Positions 1 through 8,998 of a DNA stretch of 27,370 nucleotides are shown piece by piece. The notes under the pieces were generated by a model. The model was not told the DNA's origin and made no database searches. It was given only the letters and a program-made list of their open reading frames with translations. Position numbers and translations under genes: made by a program. The stretch covers positions 1 through 27,370 of the forward strand of contig JAEOTP010000041.1 in the NCBI GenBank assembly GCA_016839765.1. The letters are read 5' to 3'. This stretch comes from Promethearchaeota archaeon (lineage in GTDB: Archaea; Asgardarchaeota; Lokiarchaeia; Sigyniarchaeales; SOKP01). Every line of letters begins with the position of its first letter. Position 1 is the first letter of the stretch.

Positions 1-1481
1 TCATAATAAGGACATGAGTTATTATTAAACTCATTTCCTATGCAATCATCTTCACTGATACAGACACTATTTCCAATTAAAATATTTTCCAAAATGGTGT
101 TATTATTACTAGATTGTAATAATATCCCTATCTCATTGAAATTTGCGGTGTTTCCTGTAATATTGTTATGATCACTACCATATACGGGATTCCCTACAGA
201 ATACACTCCAAATAAATATATCCCCACATGGCTGTTGTTGTTAGCAAAATTTCCCGATATGAGGTTATAAAGACAATATAGTAGATATATCCCATGATAT
301 CGATTGTAACTTGCAATATTTCCCCAAACTACGCTAGTAAAACAATTATATAAATGTATTCCACTCACACTATTATTATATGCAATATTTTCCGAAATAG
401 CATTGTCATTACTAGATTGTACATCTATCCCATACAAATTGTAATTTGGAGTGTTTCTCGTAATATTGTTATAATTACTGGCTAGTAAATATAACCCGTG
501 TAAATTGTAATTTGCAACGTTTCCCGAAAAAATGTTATAATCACTAAACAATGAATATATCCCTATCTCATTGAAATTTGCGGTGTTTCCAGTAATAGAG
601 TTATAATCACTAAAAAATAAATCTATTCCTTCCAAATTGTAATTTGCTGTGTTTCCTGTAATATTGTTGTAACGACTCCTCGATACATAAATCCCTTGAA
701 AGTTGTAATTTGCAGTGTTATTGGATATAAAGTCGTTATTACTATAATGCAAATATGAAAAATAATTGTTGTTAATTCCTGTGTTTCTCATTATTGTATT
801 ATAATCACTAAACCGTAAACGTATCCCATAATTATTGTTATTAATTATGTTTTCGAATATCAGGTTGTTATTACTATTATCTAAAAAAACTCCATTATTG
901 CTATTATTATTTGCGGAGTTTCCTGAAATTTCGTTATTATCACTATACAATAAATAAATCCCTGCATAAGGGTTGTTATTTGCAGTGTTTCCCGAAAAAG
1001 TATTATTATTACTATACTCTAAACGGATTCCCTCGAAATTAGAGGAGCAATTGTTATTAATTATGTTGGAATTGCTAACATTTAATAATTGGATTCCCGC
1101 ATTGGAATTAACTAATAATGAATTAAAAAGGGTACAACTTTCAATTTTAAAGTACACATTGGAATTTTCAACCTTTATGCAACTTCCCGCACCTCCTCCA
1201 TTTATTACTAAATCTTCAATGATATAAGGGTTGTAATAAGTACCATTCCCTGTACATATACCAGCATCTTTAGCCGCAGACCAATTGTTATCAATATGAA
1301 TCATTCCCCATACTTTTGCGGGTTTCAAATTGTCCTTTTCTGAAATGGTATTATTATAATAAAGCGCGCTTTTATTCTGTTCTCCCGCATAAAAATTAAG
1401 ATTATTGGCAAAGATATGGGATAAAGCCAAAAAAATCCCTAAAATCATTAAGACTAGATTTGCTTTAGATTTTGTTTTCAT
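1..1481 (-). CDS. Secreted NosD-like right-handed parallel beta-helix repeat protein; C-terminus runs off the left edge (not in ORF track)
   Basis: Manual translation from ATG at 1481: MKTKSKANLVLMILGIFLALSHIFANN (signal/TM), then IHIDNNWSAAKDAGICTGNGTYYNPYIIEDLVI, then many ~22-aa repeats such as SDYNSITGNTANFNEIGI and SNNNTFSGNTANNN. No stop is reached before base 1. Confidence 0.9.
   Translation of the reverse strand, partial: MKTKSKANLVLMILGIFLALSHIFANNLNFYAGEQNKSALYYNNTISEKDNLKPAKVWGMIHIDNNWSAAKDAGICTGNGTYYNPYIIEDLVINGGGAGSCIKVENSNVYFKIESCTLFNSLLVNSNAGIQLLNVSNSNIINNNCSSNFEGIRLEYSNNNTFSGNTANNNPYAGIYLLYSDNNEISGNSANNNSNNGVFLDNSNNNLIFENIINNNNYGIRLRFSDYNTIMRNTGINNNYFSYLHYSNNDFISNNTANYNFQGIYVSRSRYNNITGNTANYNLEGIDLFFSDYNSITGNTANFNEIGIYSLFSDYNIFSGNVANYNLHGLYLLASNYNNITRNTPNYNLYGIDVQSSNDNAISENIAYNNSVSGIHLYNCFTSVVWGNIASYNRYHGIYLLYCLYNLISGNFANNNSHVGIYLFGVYSVGNPVYGSDHNNITGNTANFNEIGILLQSSNNNTILENILIGNSVCISEDDCIGNEFNNNSCPYY
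122..590. repeat. Exact 34-bp direct repeat (122-155 and 557-590) inside the beta-helix gene
   Basis: atatccctatctcattgaaatttgcggtgtttcc occurs twice and encodes GNTANFNEIGI on the minus strand. Confidence 0.9.
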
Positions 1482-1575
1482 ACTTTTCTACATAATTTTT
1501 TCATTCCATGCTTTTTATACCTATCCTTAACTAATCCTGTTCATAAATCTAAATATCAATTGAGTAATCTAAAAA

Positions 1576-1716
1576 ATGTTTATTAGAAATATAAAAATAG
1601 CCATATTTGTGATCGTTCAGCAGTTTACATTTCTTGGGATTTTTCATTATATCTTATTCTTTGCATTATTTGGTCTTTCTATCACCCTAATTGTACTTGG
1701 AATGAGAAAAATGTAA
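1576..1716 (+). CDS. Possible 46-aa hydrophobic membrane peptide or gene remnant
   Basis: ATG 1576 to TAA 1716: MFIRNIKIAIFVIVQQFTFLGIFHYILFFALFGLSITLIVLGMRKM. It fills an otherwise empty gap. Confidence 0.3.
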   Translation: MFIRNIKIAIFVIVQQFTFLGIFHYILFFALFGLSITLIVLGMRKM

Positions 1717-1737
1717 CTATTTAAATCTCACTTTTTT

Positions 1738-2196
1738 TTAAAAAAATATGCTAAACTTGCATATATCATCCCCAGATCCCTTGGATTTTTCCAGATTAAC
1801 GTCTACTTGTTTTTTAAGCAACATTTCAAAAACTTTTTTTGCCCATCCTAAAGAACAATAACAAAAAGTTCCGTTAGGTATTACAATTTTATTTCTAATA
1901 AGAGGACATCCACATTCAAGACATGTGGAACTGATTTTATTCCCCTCCAATTTCCATTTACCACACCAAGGAACTTGATCATTAACTTTAGCAATAATTT
2001 CTTCTATATCAGTTGTTTCTTCTGCGATTTTTTTAGCTATTTTAAAACTCCCTGCTAAAGCACACGTTTCTCCGCTTTTTTCCATTATTTTTTTTCTGGT
2101 TTCTAATGGGATTTCTTCTAAACTCCTTATAATTGAATTTATAACTCTACCTGCTCTCTCTAATAATGATTTTGTATTATTATACTTATTATATAT
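1738..2196 (-). CDS. DUF6144/V4R-like Cys-rich small-ligand-binding protein; probable start at ATA 2196 (first ATG at 2085)
   Basis: Motifs CLECGCP, FCYCSLGW.K..FE and KS.GSGDDICKFSI. The frame is open 37 codons upstream of the ATG, to an ATA preceded by an SD-like GAGGTGA. Confidence 0.7.
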   Translation of the reverse strand: MYNKYNNTKSLLERAGRVINSIIRSLEEIPLETRKKIMEKSGETCALAGSFKIAKKIAEETTDIEEIIAKVNDQVPWCGKWKLEGNKISSTCLECGCPLIRNKIVIPNGTFCYCSLGWAKKVFEMLLKKQVDVNLEKSKGSGDDICKFSIFF

Positions 2197-2249
2197 GAGT
2201 TTATCACCTCAATTTATTTACTTAGAATTTAATTTCATACTTTTTTTAC

Positions 2250-2780
2250 TTAATTGGGATTTTTATAAAAAATTGTGGCTGGACAACAACTACATTTAGT
2301 CATGTATGGACATTCCTTGCAATTTGCTCCACAAGGACTGATGTTGGTTAATTTTTCTGGAATTCGGAGTTTTAACTTTTTAGGATAATATACATTTTCT
2401 AAAAAAGTAACTTTAGCGTTTTTGAATCCAAATGTATCACTTGGATGTTTTTCAATATCTTCAATCCACCATTTTTGCCTTCTTGGAAGGAAAAATATTG
2501 CATACAGCTGGTCATCTACAGTTGTCATGAGGTTGATATATATGGGCAATTTTTATAGTTAGCTGCTATTTCTATAACTTGTTTTTCAGTCTCTGCTCCT
2601 CCAAATAGTAATGCACATATTAAGTTTTCTTCTATCGCTCTTTCACCATATTATTCCATTTTCTATACAAATCCCATAAAATAGCAGTAGGACATGCTGT
2701 TTCTGTCTCATTTCCATTAGTATTTATTTAATCAATGGATTTCTTAATATCCATCCTTCTTTAATCTATTTGGTTTTCAT
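2250..2780 (-). pseudogene. Disrupted gene for a protein with a C-terminal Cys cluster (PCGANCKECPY..KC.CCPAT)
   Basis: ATG at 2780 is followed by TAG at codon 5. Coding-like segments lie in different frames (ETACPTAILWDLYRKW / ERAIEENLICALLFGGAETEKQVIEIAANYKNCPY / INLMTTVDDQLYAIFFLP). An extra AT in the ATATATAT run at 2536-2543 explains the last frameshift. Confidence 0.65.
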
Positions 2781-2868
2781 TTACTATTTAAATTTTTCTT
2801 TCTTATTATAGATAATCTAAAATCTATTTTTTCTTCTTTACACTGAATAATTATTAATTAACAATTCT

Positions 2869-3066
2869 TTAGATTAAATTCTGTCTGACTTCTCCATTAG
2901 GTAGCATATTATCCGGATGTTCTATATTATTTTTTTCCATATGATACCTAATACAATTTTTATTTCCAACTAAGCAATATTCTTCAATCCATTTTCTTTC
3001 GAGTTTACCACTTTCTACAAAATATTTTATCGGACAACAAGAATACCACTTACAAACTTTTGGCAC
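2869..3066 (-). CDS. Small conserved Cys-rich protein (CKWY..CP...C......C.RY...HPD.MLP.G); this family is often auto-labelled uracil-DNA glycosylase, probably wrongly
   Basis: GTG start, 65 aa, recognisable Cys/HPD/MLPNG pattern. Confidence 0.75.
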   Translation of the reverse strand: MPKVCKWYSCCPIKYFVESGKLERKWIEEYCLVGNKNCIRYHMEKNNIEHPDNMLPNGEVRQNLI

Positions 3067-3195
3067 AGTTTCATTACCAAATAATTATTGAAATATTCTA
3101 AATAAAATATAAATATATAACAAAAATCTCTTAATTTTATTAAGTACTTTTGAAATATTAAGAGTTGGTAATCCTTGCGAATACCAAAATTTATA

Positions 3196-3669
3196 ATGAA
3201 GGAATTGATAAAAGTATCTGTTTCGAATAAATACATTCATATTAAAATGAAAATTGGAATACCCAGTCAACCTTTAAGGAGAAGTTTGGAAGATTTAATT
3301 ATAAAATTAGGTGATACTACAGTTTTTGACACTTATTTATATCATAATGATTATCATATTAGGTTGAATGGTCAATTATATCACAATAGAGATTTAAATC
3401 AAATTCAGGGAAGATTTATTAGCTCAGGTGACAATTTAGAGATAATAATTGCTAATAGGTTAAAAATTTCTCCTGGAGAGTATAAACTCTCATTTAAAAA
3501 TAGAGATTTTAAGGTTGGAGCTACAGCAAAATTAAAGGTAATTCCTGAAATGGAATATAGTGAAAACCCATTAGTAATTAAATATTGTAGTAGTTGCGGT
3601 GTTAAGATATCAAACAATGATCAAAAATATTGTGAATTTTGTGGTGCAAATTTAAGATTTATCAATTAA
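3196..3669 (+). CDS. Hypothetical protein with C-terminal double zinc ribbon
   Basis: C-terminal YCSSCG...YCEFCGANL. ATG 3196 is preferred over TTG 3175. Confidence 0.8.
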   Translation: MKELIKVSVSNKYIHIKMKIGIPSQPLRRSLEDLIIKLGDTTVFDTYLYHNDYHIRLNGQLYHNRDLNQIQGRFISSGDNLEIIIANRLKISPGEYKLSFKNRDFKVGATAKLKVIPEMEYSENPLVIKYCSSCGVKISNNDQKYCEFCGANLRFIN

Positions 3670-3895
3670 ATTCTAGAATTACTTGTTGACATATAATCGT
3701 TTTCTTTATTTTAACCTAATTTTTCTGAAAAATTATGTTAGATATAACTCTTTTAAAAAAAATACCCTAATGTTGAATTAAGCAAATATTAAATAATAAA
3801 TTGTAATAATTACCTTTAGTAAAAGCTAATTTGATTGAATAAATTTATATGAACTAATTATAATTTCATATAAACTATTTAATATCTTTACTATA

Positions 3896-4108
3896 ATGAG
3901 AAAAAGAAGTATAGGTTTTTTTCTAATGGGATTGGCAGCTATCATTTTTTTAATACCTATTCCTTGTTATTTCATGACTCCCGCGTATTACGATATTTTT
4001 GGAGAACCTATGCCAATAGTAACTATATTTTTAACGTGTTTTATATCAAGTTTTGTTCTTCTTTGTGGAGGAGTGATTTTTTTATGGCTAAACTATGAAA
4101 GAGCGTGA
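3896..4108 (+). CDS. Small two-TM membrane protein
   Basis: 70 aa, basic N-terminus, two hydrophobic stretches. Confidence 0.65.
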   Translation: MRKRSIGFFLMGLAAIIFLIPIPCYFMTPAYYDIFGEPMPIVTIFLTCFISSFVLLCGGVIFLWLNYERA

Positions 4109-4205
4109 AACAATAATCATCTTCTCAAATAAAGCTTAATTTAAATATATAATCTAACACGTTGAGTTGCAGTTACTAATCATATAATTAGCACTATAGC
4201 TTTCT

Positions 4206-5204
4206 TCATATATTATTATTTAATAAGTATAATGTTTTATTTGGTAATTTCCTACTGAACACATAGTTAAGTCTTTCTAATTTCCCAAGATATTTATTTA
4301 GTGTATTAGGATGTATGTGAAGATTTTTTGTGAGATTGTATTTAGAGCATCCATCAAGGTGAAGTTTTAGATATCTCAGGATTTTCTGTGTTTTATCCAG
4401 GGTGATAAAATGTAAGTAATCTACTTGGTTAGGATTTAAGGTATAATCAAAATAAATCTCACGGTTTTCAAATTTTCTTTTTTTGACTAATTTGAACTTT
4501 AACAGCATAGTTATATGCCATTTTACGAGATATATCGACATACCTAATGAAGTCACTAATCTCATAAAATGTATGCCAGGATTATCAATTATGGTTTTAT
4601 AGACAGCTAACCTATTTGGATTTTCAAGTATAGTTTCTATAGTAAATTTAGATCTATTAACTATTAAGTTTTTTTTAAGAAGTTGATCTACTGCTGCTTC
4701 TATTCCATTATGATTTAAACCGTCTGAGTTTTTTGAACACCTGGATTTAATCAAGGGGACTATTTTTTCTTTTTCTAATGTCCTATTTTTTGAAAGGTAA
4801 TCTTGAATTATATTAAACACAATTATTTCTCGATCTGATAAATTGTTTAATCTGTTAAGATTTATATCAATTTCATCGTCATTATTGCTCTTTCTCTGTT
4901 TCTTAAAGATTATAACTATTTCTATTGTTAATGTGAGGGTCAGAAAACTAGTGCAATAGGAAAAAAGATCCTTTTGTAGAAATTCTGAAATGGTAATTTT
5001 TAGAGCAATATAATAATTCCTATTAGGCAATAGGTTAATAGGTTCATTGGGTTCAGAAGGTTCATTGATATTTAATAAATTAAGATTACTGTCTCTATTT
5101 TCATAATCAGTATAGATGAAAATATTTATAAAAACTAATACAAATCCTATTATTATAATATATTTTGCCTTTTGCTTCTTATTAATAAGTTTAGAGAGAT
5201 TCAT
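4206..5204 (-). CDS. Membrane-anchored winged-helix transcriptional regulator (tandem ArsR/MarR-like wHTH)
   Basis: Two N-terminal hydrophobic segments. ILENPNRLAVYKTIIDNPGIHFMRL...VKWHITML and a second HTH, CSKYNLTKNLHIHPNTLNKYLGKLE. Confidence 0.8.
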   Translation of the reverse strand: MNLSKLINKKQKAKYIIIIGFVLVFINIFIYTDYENRDSNLNLLNINEPSEPNEPINLLPNRNYYIALKITISEFLQKDLFSYCTSFLTLTLTIEIVIIFKKQRKSNNDDEIDINLNRLNNLSDREIIVFNIIQDYLSKNRTLEKEKIVPLIKSRCSKNSDGLNHNGIEAAVDQLLKKNLIVNRSKFTIETILENPNRLAVYKTIIDNPGIHFMRLVTSLGMSIYLVKWHITMLLKFKLVKKRKFENREIYFDYTLNPNQVDYLHFITLDKTQKILRYLKLHLDGCSKYNLTKNLHIHPNTLNKYLGKLERLNYVFSRKLPNKTLYLLNNNI

Positions 5205-5410
5205 GAAGTGTTTAATGCTAATTTTAAGGTTATTTAATTACGAATCCAATTTAATGCTTTCTTGGCTTAAATAAGATTTTACATAATATTATAAATAATC
5301 ACCAATAAGGAAATTGAATAGGTATATAACTTTCTTTTCTTTGATTTTTAATGGGACTTAAGTAATATTTCTTAAATTCAAATTTCATCAGCAAGGTTTT
5401 CCTTTTAAAA

Positions 5411-6082
5411 ATGATAGACCCAATAGAACTGTCTATACAAGTTAGGAATCAAGTAAGTAAAAATGATAAACGTAAGTATTATCGTTTTCGAAAAACAAGA
5501 TTTTATGCAGGTTGCGCTACAGCAGATTGCTTAGGCTGCAATTTAAGGTGTGCCTACTGTTGGGGACAGAAAAAAGTTTGGAACCCAAATAAATATGGAG
5601 AATATTACACATCAACAGAAGTTAATCAAAAACTTGTCAATATGAAACTACCTCTCGTGAGACTCAGTGGGGGTGAACCTACCATTTCTAAAACGCATCT
5701 TCTTAGTTTAATATCTTTAATTCCAGAAGAGACTTTATTTATACTTGAAACTAATGGAATCCTCTTAGATGAGGATTTTGTGGAGAAACTCAGTCAATTT
5801 CATAATCTCTATGTTAGAGTATCTTTAAAGGGAGTAGATGAGCTCACTTTTGAAAAAATAACTGGAGCTAAAGGAATATATTTTCACAATCAAATTAATG
5901 CTTTAAAACTGTTAAAACAATATAATGTAAAAAACAGAGCGGCTCTTCTCCCTGATTTTTTTACTGATGAGCAGATAAAAAGTTTAGGTATTCTGAATTT
6001 AGAGTATGAACAATTAATAGCATATCCTTTTGTAGTAAAAAATCTAGAGAAAAAAGGAATCAAGATAATTAGAAATTCATAA
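5411..6082 (+). CDS. Radical SAM protein (uncharacterised archaeal Fe-S oxidoreductase, COG5014-like)
   Basis: CNLRCAYC (CxxxCxxC), RLSGGEPT, LETNG, RVSLKG, and N-terminal RKYYRFR..FY.G.ATADC. Confidence 0.9.
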   Translation: MIDPIELSIQVRNQVSKNDKRKYYRFRKTRFYAGCATADCLGCNLRCAYCWGQKKVWNPNKYGEYYTSTEVNQKLVNMKLPLVRLSGGEPTISKTHLLSLISLIPEETLFILETNGILLDEDFVEKLSQFHNLYVRVSLKGVDELTFEKITGAKGIYFHNQINALKLLKQYNVKNRAALLPDFFTDEQIKSLGILNLEYEQLIAYPFVVKNLEKKGIKIIRNS

Positions 6083-6089
6083 CCAAGAT

Positions 6090-6431
6090 TCAGATGAGCT
6101 TTACTATGCTAATTATTTCAATAATTATACCCCACATATGAACACTAAATAACCCCTCTCTTTTTATGGCAATTAAAAATATTCTTAAACCATCTATCCT
6201 AAAATTGTATGGTAAATTTAGCGGGTCATATTTTTCACCATTATCCCCGAGAATTCCATAAAAACCTCCTTCAAGATTAATATATTTAATGGTTCCTGAG
6301 GTAATTATGTATTGCTCATCTCCATTATTATAATCTTGATTATTTGCATATACATTCAAGCCCAGAATTAATATAACTATACTTATAATACCAAATGAAG
6401 CGAGAATATATTTTTTCGATTTTTTATTCAT
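6090..6431 (-). CDS. Membrane-anchored/secreted small beta-barrel (OB-like) protein
   Basis: N-terminal TM, then the conserved-looking GTIKYINLEGGFYGILGDNGEKYDPLNLP...HMWGIIIEII. Confidence 0.8.
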   Translation of the reverse strand: MNKKSKKYILASFGIISIVILILGLNVYANNQDYNNGDEQYIITSGTIKYINLEGGFYGILGDNGEKYDPLNLPYNFRIDGLRIFLIAIKREGLFSVHMWGIIIEIISIVKLI

Positions 6432-6532
6432 TTTTATTTAATTATTATTATTTCGTATTTCACCAAAATTTTCTAGCATAATTTCATTTATAAATTTTTT
6501 ATACATAATTGTTGGATTTTTAGTTATATTGA

Positions 6533-7477
6533 TTAAGAAAAATTATTCCTATCTTCTTTTAATTCAAATGAAATTATTGCGTTATGAGTTATTCCCATTT
6601 TTTCACCAATTTTTCTAATATATCTATTTCTGTGATTCCTAATAAGATCATTACATATTAACGCTGGAATTAATGAGATAATTAAGTAAAATGGTAATCC
6701 TAGCCATAGAATTAAACTTGGAATATTTAGAAGTAGCCCTGGAGATCCTATATTATCAATGTAGTACCTTATAAAATCATAAATTAGGAGGATATAAGTT
6801 ATGAAGGCTCCTATTCCTGCATAACTTTTTAAGATTGTTTGATACCAATCACCTATAGATTTGAAGATAAATTGCTCTTGAGAATGTTCTACTTTTTCCT
6901 TGTTTGAATAAATAATCCCTGAATCTCTTAGGAACCACACTGGAGAGAAAAAAAATGTGGCTAAGCCAAATGTGATTATCAATAAAACAGATTCAGCGAG
7001 TAAGCGCGTTAAAGTTTGATTCCGTAAAGTATTTTCAAACTGCGCAATAACGTCTGCATGTAAAATATATCCCATTATTACAGGTGTCAAAAAAAGGGAT
7101 GATAAATTAATAGCCATTAGAACTGGAAAAAATCCACGGTTAAAAATCTTTTGTGAGGCAATTCCGGATTTTTTTTGAATCCCATAGAACATTTTTGACC
7201 CAATTATTTTTTTATGTAAAACTAATATGATAGGAGTTATAAGATAACCTCCTATAAATAATCCTAACAATGCAGATAATGGAAGAATGAATATAAATAT
7301 AAGAGCTAGTTCTGTTAGTAAATCATTTATCGGTATAAAACGTGTCAAATCAATAGGGGCTTTTTCTGTAAATATATTATTCAATATAGCTGTTAGAATC
7401 AACCAAAATATGATATATATAATGTAAATTAATATTAAATTTCGATATTTTGAATTTCTCTTTATTTTGAATTCCAT
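6533..7477 (-). CDS. Multi-pass membrane protein of unknown function
   Basis: 314 aa with about 6 hydrophobic helices and the motif PVWFLRDSGIIYSN. Confidence 0.8.
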   Translation of the reverse strand: MEFKIKRNSKYRNLILIYIIYIIFWLILTAILNNIFTEKAPIDLTRFIPINDLLTELALIFIFILPLSALLGLFIGGYLITPIILVLHKKIIGSKMFYGIQKKSGIASQKIFNRGFFPVLMAINLSSLFLTPVIMGYILHADVIAQFENTLRNQTLTRLLAESVLLIITFGLATFFFSPVWFLRDSGIIYSNKEKVEHSQEQFIFKSIGDWYQTILKSYAGIGAFITYILLIYDFIRYYIDNIGSPGLLLNIPSLILWLGLPFYLIISLIPALICNDLIRNHRNRYIRKIGEKMGITHNAIISFELKEDRNNFS

Positions 7478-7618
7478 AGATAAAAATAAAAAAATCTGAT
7501 ATATTTAAATTTTGATAGATTTGAATCTATTTTTCAGGTATTGGATCATTTATCTCTAAATACTTCTCAGTTTCGCTTAGAATTAAATATTGTAATTATA
7601 TTTAAAAAAGAGAGAAAC

Positions 7619-8167
7619 TTATTTTTTAACTTTTTTTAGCCTATATAAAAATCCTGGAATCCATAAAACAACTCCTAATATCGCACCGAGTAAAAAAGTA
7701 ATAGGATCATTCCAAAGAAATATTTTGTAAATTGTGGTTATAATGAGGACTACTATTCCCATTATAAGTCTTAATGGATATTGGGCTCTGTTATTGACTA
7801 CTTGATGAGGTAAATAAAAGAATAATATAATTGCGTGGCCGCTAAATGGAATGGTGATAATATATCGCATAAAAGCCAAAATGGCAACACTGATACATTC
7901 AAAAAGCAATAAAATGCAAATGGCTCGTTCTTTTTTTTCATTCCATGTCCAAATCACCTCTCCTATTAATATCCCATAGGGAAGAAAGATTGAAATCATG
8001 TATAATGGAGGGGTAACAATATTTAGCGTTTCAGTAGCAGTATTAACGAGGGGATACCCTCTTATACTGAAAAATATAGCTGAAAGAATAGTTATTATCA
8101 CTCCTGTAGCATAAACAATAAGTGGTTCCTTTAGGGAAGGGTTTAAAATATTTCTCTTACCTATCAT
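7619..8167 (-). CDS. Multi-pass membrane protein
   Basis: 182 aa, 5-6 hydrophobic segments, PFSGH motif reminiscent of PAP2-like proteins. Confidence 0.75.
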   Translation of the reverse strand: MIGKRNILNPSLKEPLIVYATGVIITILSAIFFSIRGYPLVNTATETLNIVTPPLYMISIFLPYGILIGEVIWTWNEKKERAICILLLFECISVAILAFMRYIITIPFSGHAIILFFYLPHQVVNNRAQYPLRLIMGIVVLIITTIYKIFLWNDPITFLLGAILGVVLWIPGFLYRLKKVKK

Positions 8168-8296
8168 ATCTTAATTATTATTAATTATACGTAATCTCTT
8201 AAATTAATGCCTTCTAAACCAATAAAACTTAATATTAATATTATATATGTTATAATGCTAAGAAAGCATTAAATTCTTATTAGATTCAAATTAAAA

Positions 8297-8674
8297 GTGA
8301 GAATCGTGCCAAAAATAATACATTTTGAGATAAATGCCGATGATCCTTTACGCGCAAAAGGATTTTATGAAAAAATATTTAACTGGACTATTGAAAAATG
8401 GGACGGACCAATTGAATATTGGAATATTGTTGCGGGAGAAGAAGATGAGGAGGGAATTAATGGAGGTATTCAAAGACGTGAAGCCCCAAATGATCAAATC
8501 TTTAATTATATAAAAGTAAGTTCTGTTGATGAATTCAAGAAAAGAATAGAAGAAAATGGGGGAACTATAGTTACTCCAAAAATTACAGTTCCAGGGGTAG
8601 GTTATTTTTATATGTTTAAGGATACTGAAGGAAATAAATTAGGTATAATACAAGAAGATGAATCTGCTAAATAA
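8297..8674 (+). CDS. VOC/glyoxalase family protein
   Basis: IIHFEINADDPLRAKGFYEKIFNW, GINGGI, GG.IVTPK..VPGVG, FKDTEGNKLGI. The start may be the GTG at 8306. Confidence 0.92.
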   Translation: MRIVPKIIHFEINADDPLRAKGFYEKIFNWTIEKWDGPIEYWNIVAGEEDEEGINGGIQRREAPNDQIFNYIKVSSVDEFKKRIEENGGTIVTPKITVPGVGYFYMFKDTEGNKLGIIQEDESAK

Positions 8675-8736
8675 AATCTAAATTTTAATCACTATTTTTT
8701 ATTAATTTATGGTCTTGTTAAGAAAATATGGTTTGT

Positions 8737-8997
8737 TTAGCCCCAATCACTTCTATATCCTGTTCCTCCATTTGGCCAACTAAAAAAAATTGCATTTTCT
8801 TCACAAGCATACCAACATACAGCACATTCCATACAATGATCCAATGATTTTATTTTTGCTTTTTTTCCTGAAATCTCAAAGCATTCTGCAAGGCATACAT
8901 TAACACAATTTGCGCATCCAGTACATTTTTGACTATCAATTGTTATAAACTTTCCTGCATCTCCCTTCCATTCAACTCCTGGAAATTTATCTGATAT
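8737..8997 (-). CDS. FixX-like 2[4Fe-4S] ferredoxin (not in ORF track; no ATG/GTG/TTG at its 5' end)
   Basis: Manual translation: (ATA)SDKFPGVEWKGDAGKFITIDSQKCTGCANCVNVCLAECFEISGKKAKIKSLDHCMECAVCWYACEENAIFFSWPNGGTGYRSDWG*. It has two CxxCxxCxxxC motifs and a FixX-type W-P-x-G-G-x-G tail, and abuts the FixC-like stop codon. Confidence 0.9.
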   Translation of the reverse strand: MSDKFPGVEWKGDAGKFITIDSQKCTGCANCVNVCLAECFEISGKKAKIKSLDHCMECAVCWYACEENAIFFSWPNGGTGYRSDWG

Positions 8998-8998
8998 C

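Noticed and set aside
1-1100. Possible CRISPR array or DGR in the periodic repeats
   Set aside because: The repeats are in-frame coding coils with no constant repeat/unique spacer pattern. No reverse transcriptase or adenine-specific TR/VR pair is seen in the window.
973-1227. 84-aa plus-strand ORF
   Set aside because: Antisense to the beta-helix gene.
3027-3617. Minus-strand ORFs 3027-3236, 3085-3270 and 3405-3617
   Set aside because: AT-rich and motif-free, and they overlap better-supported genes.
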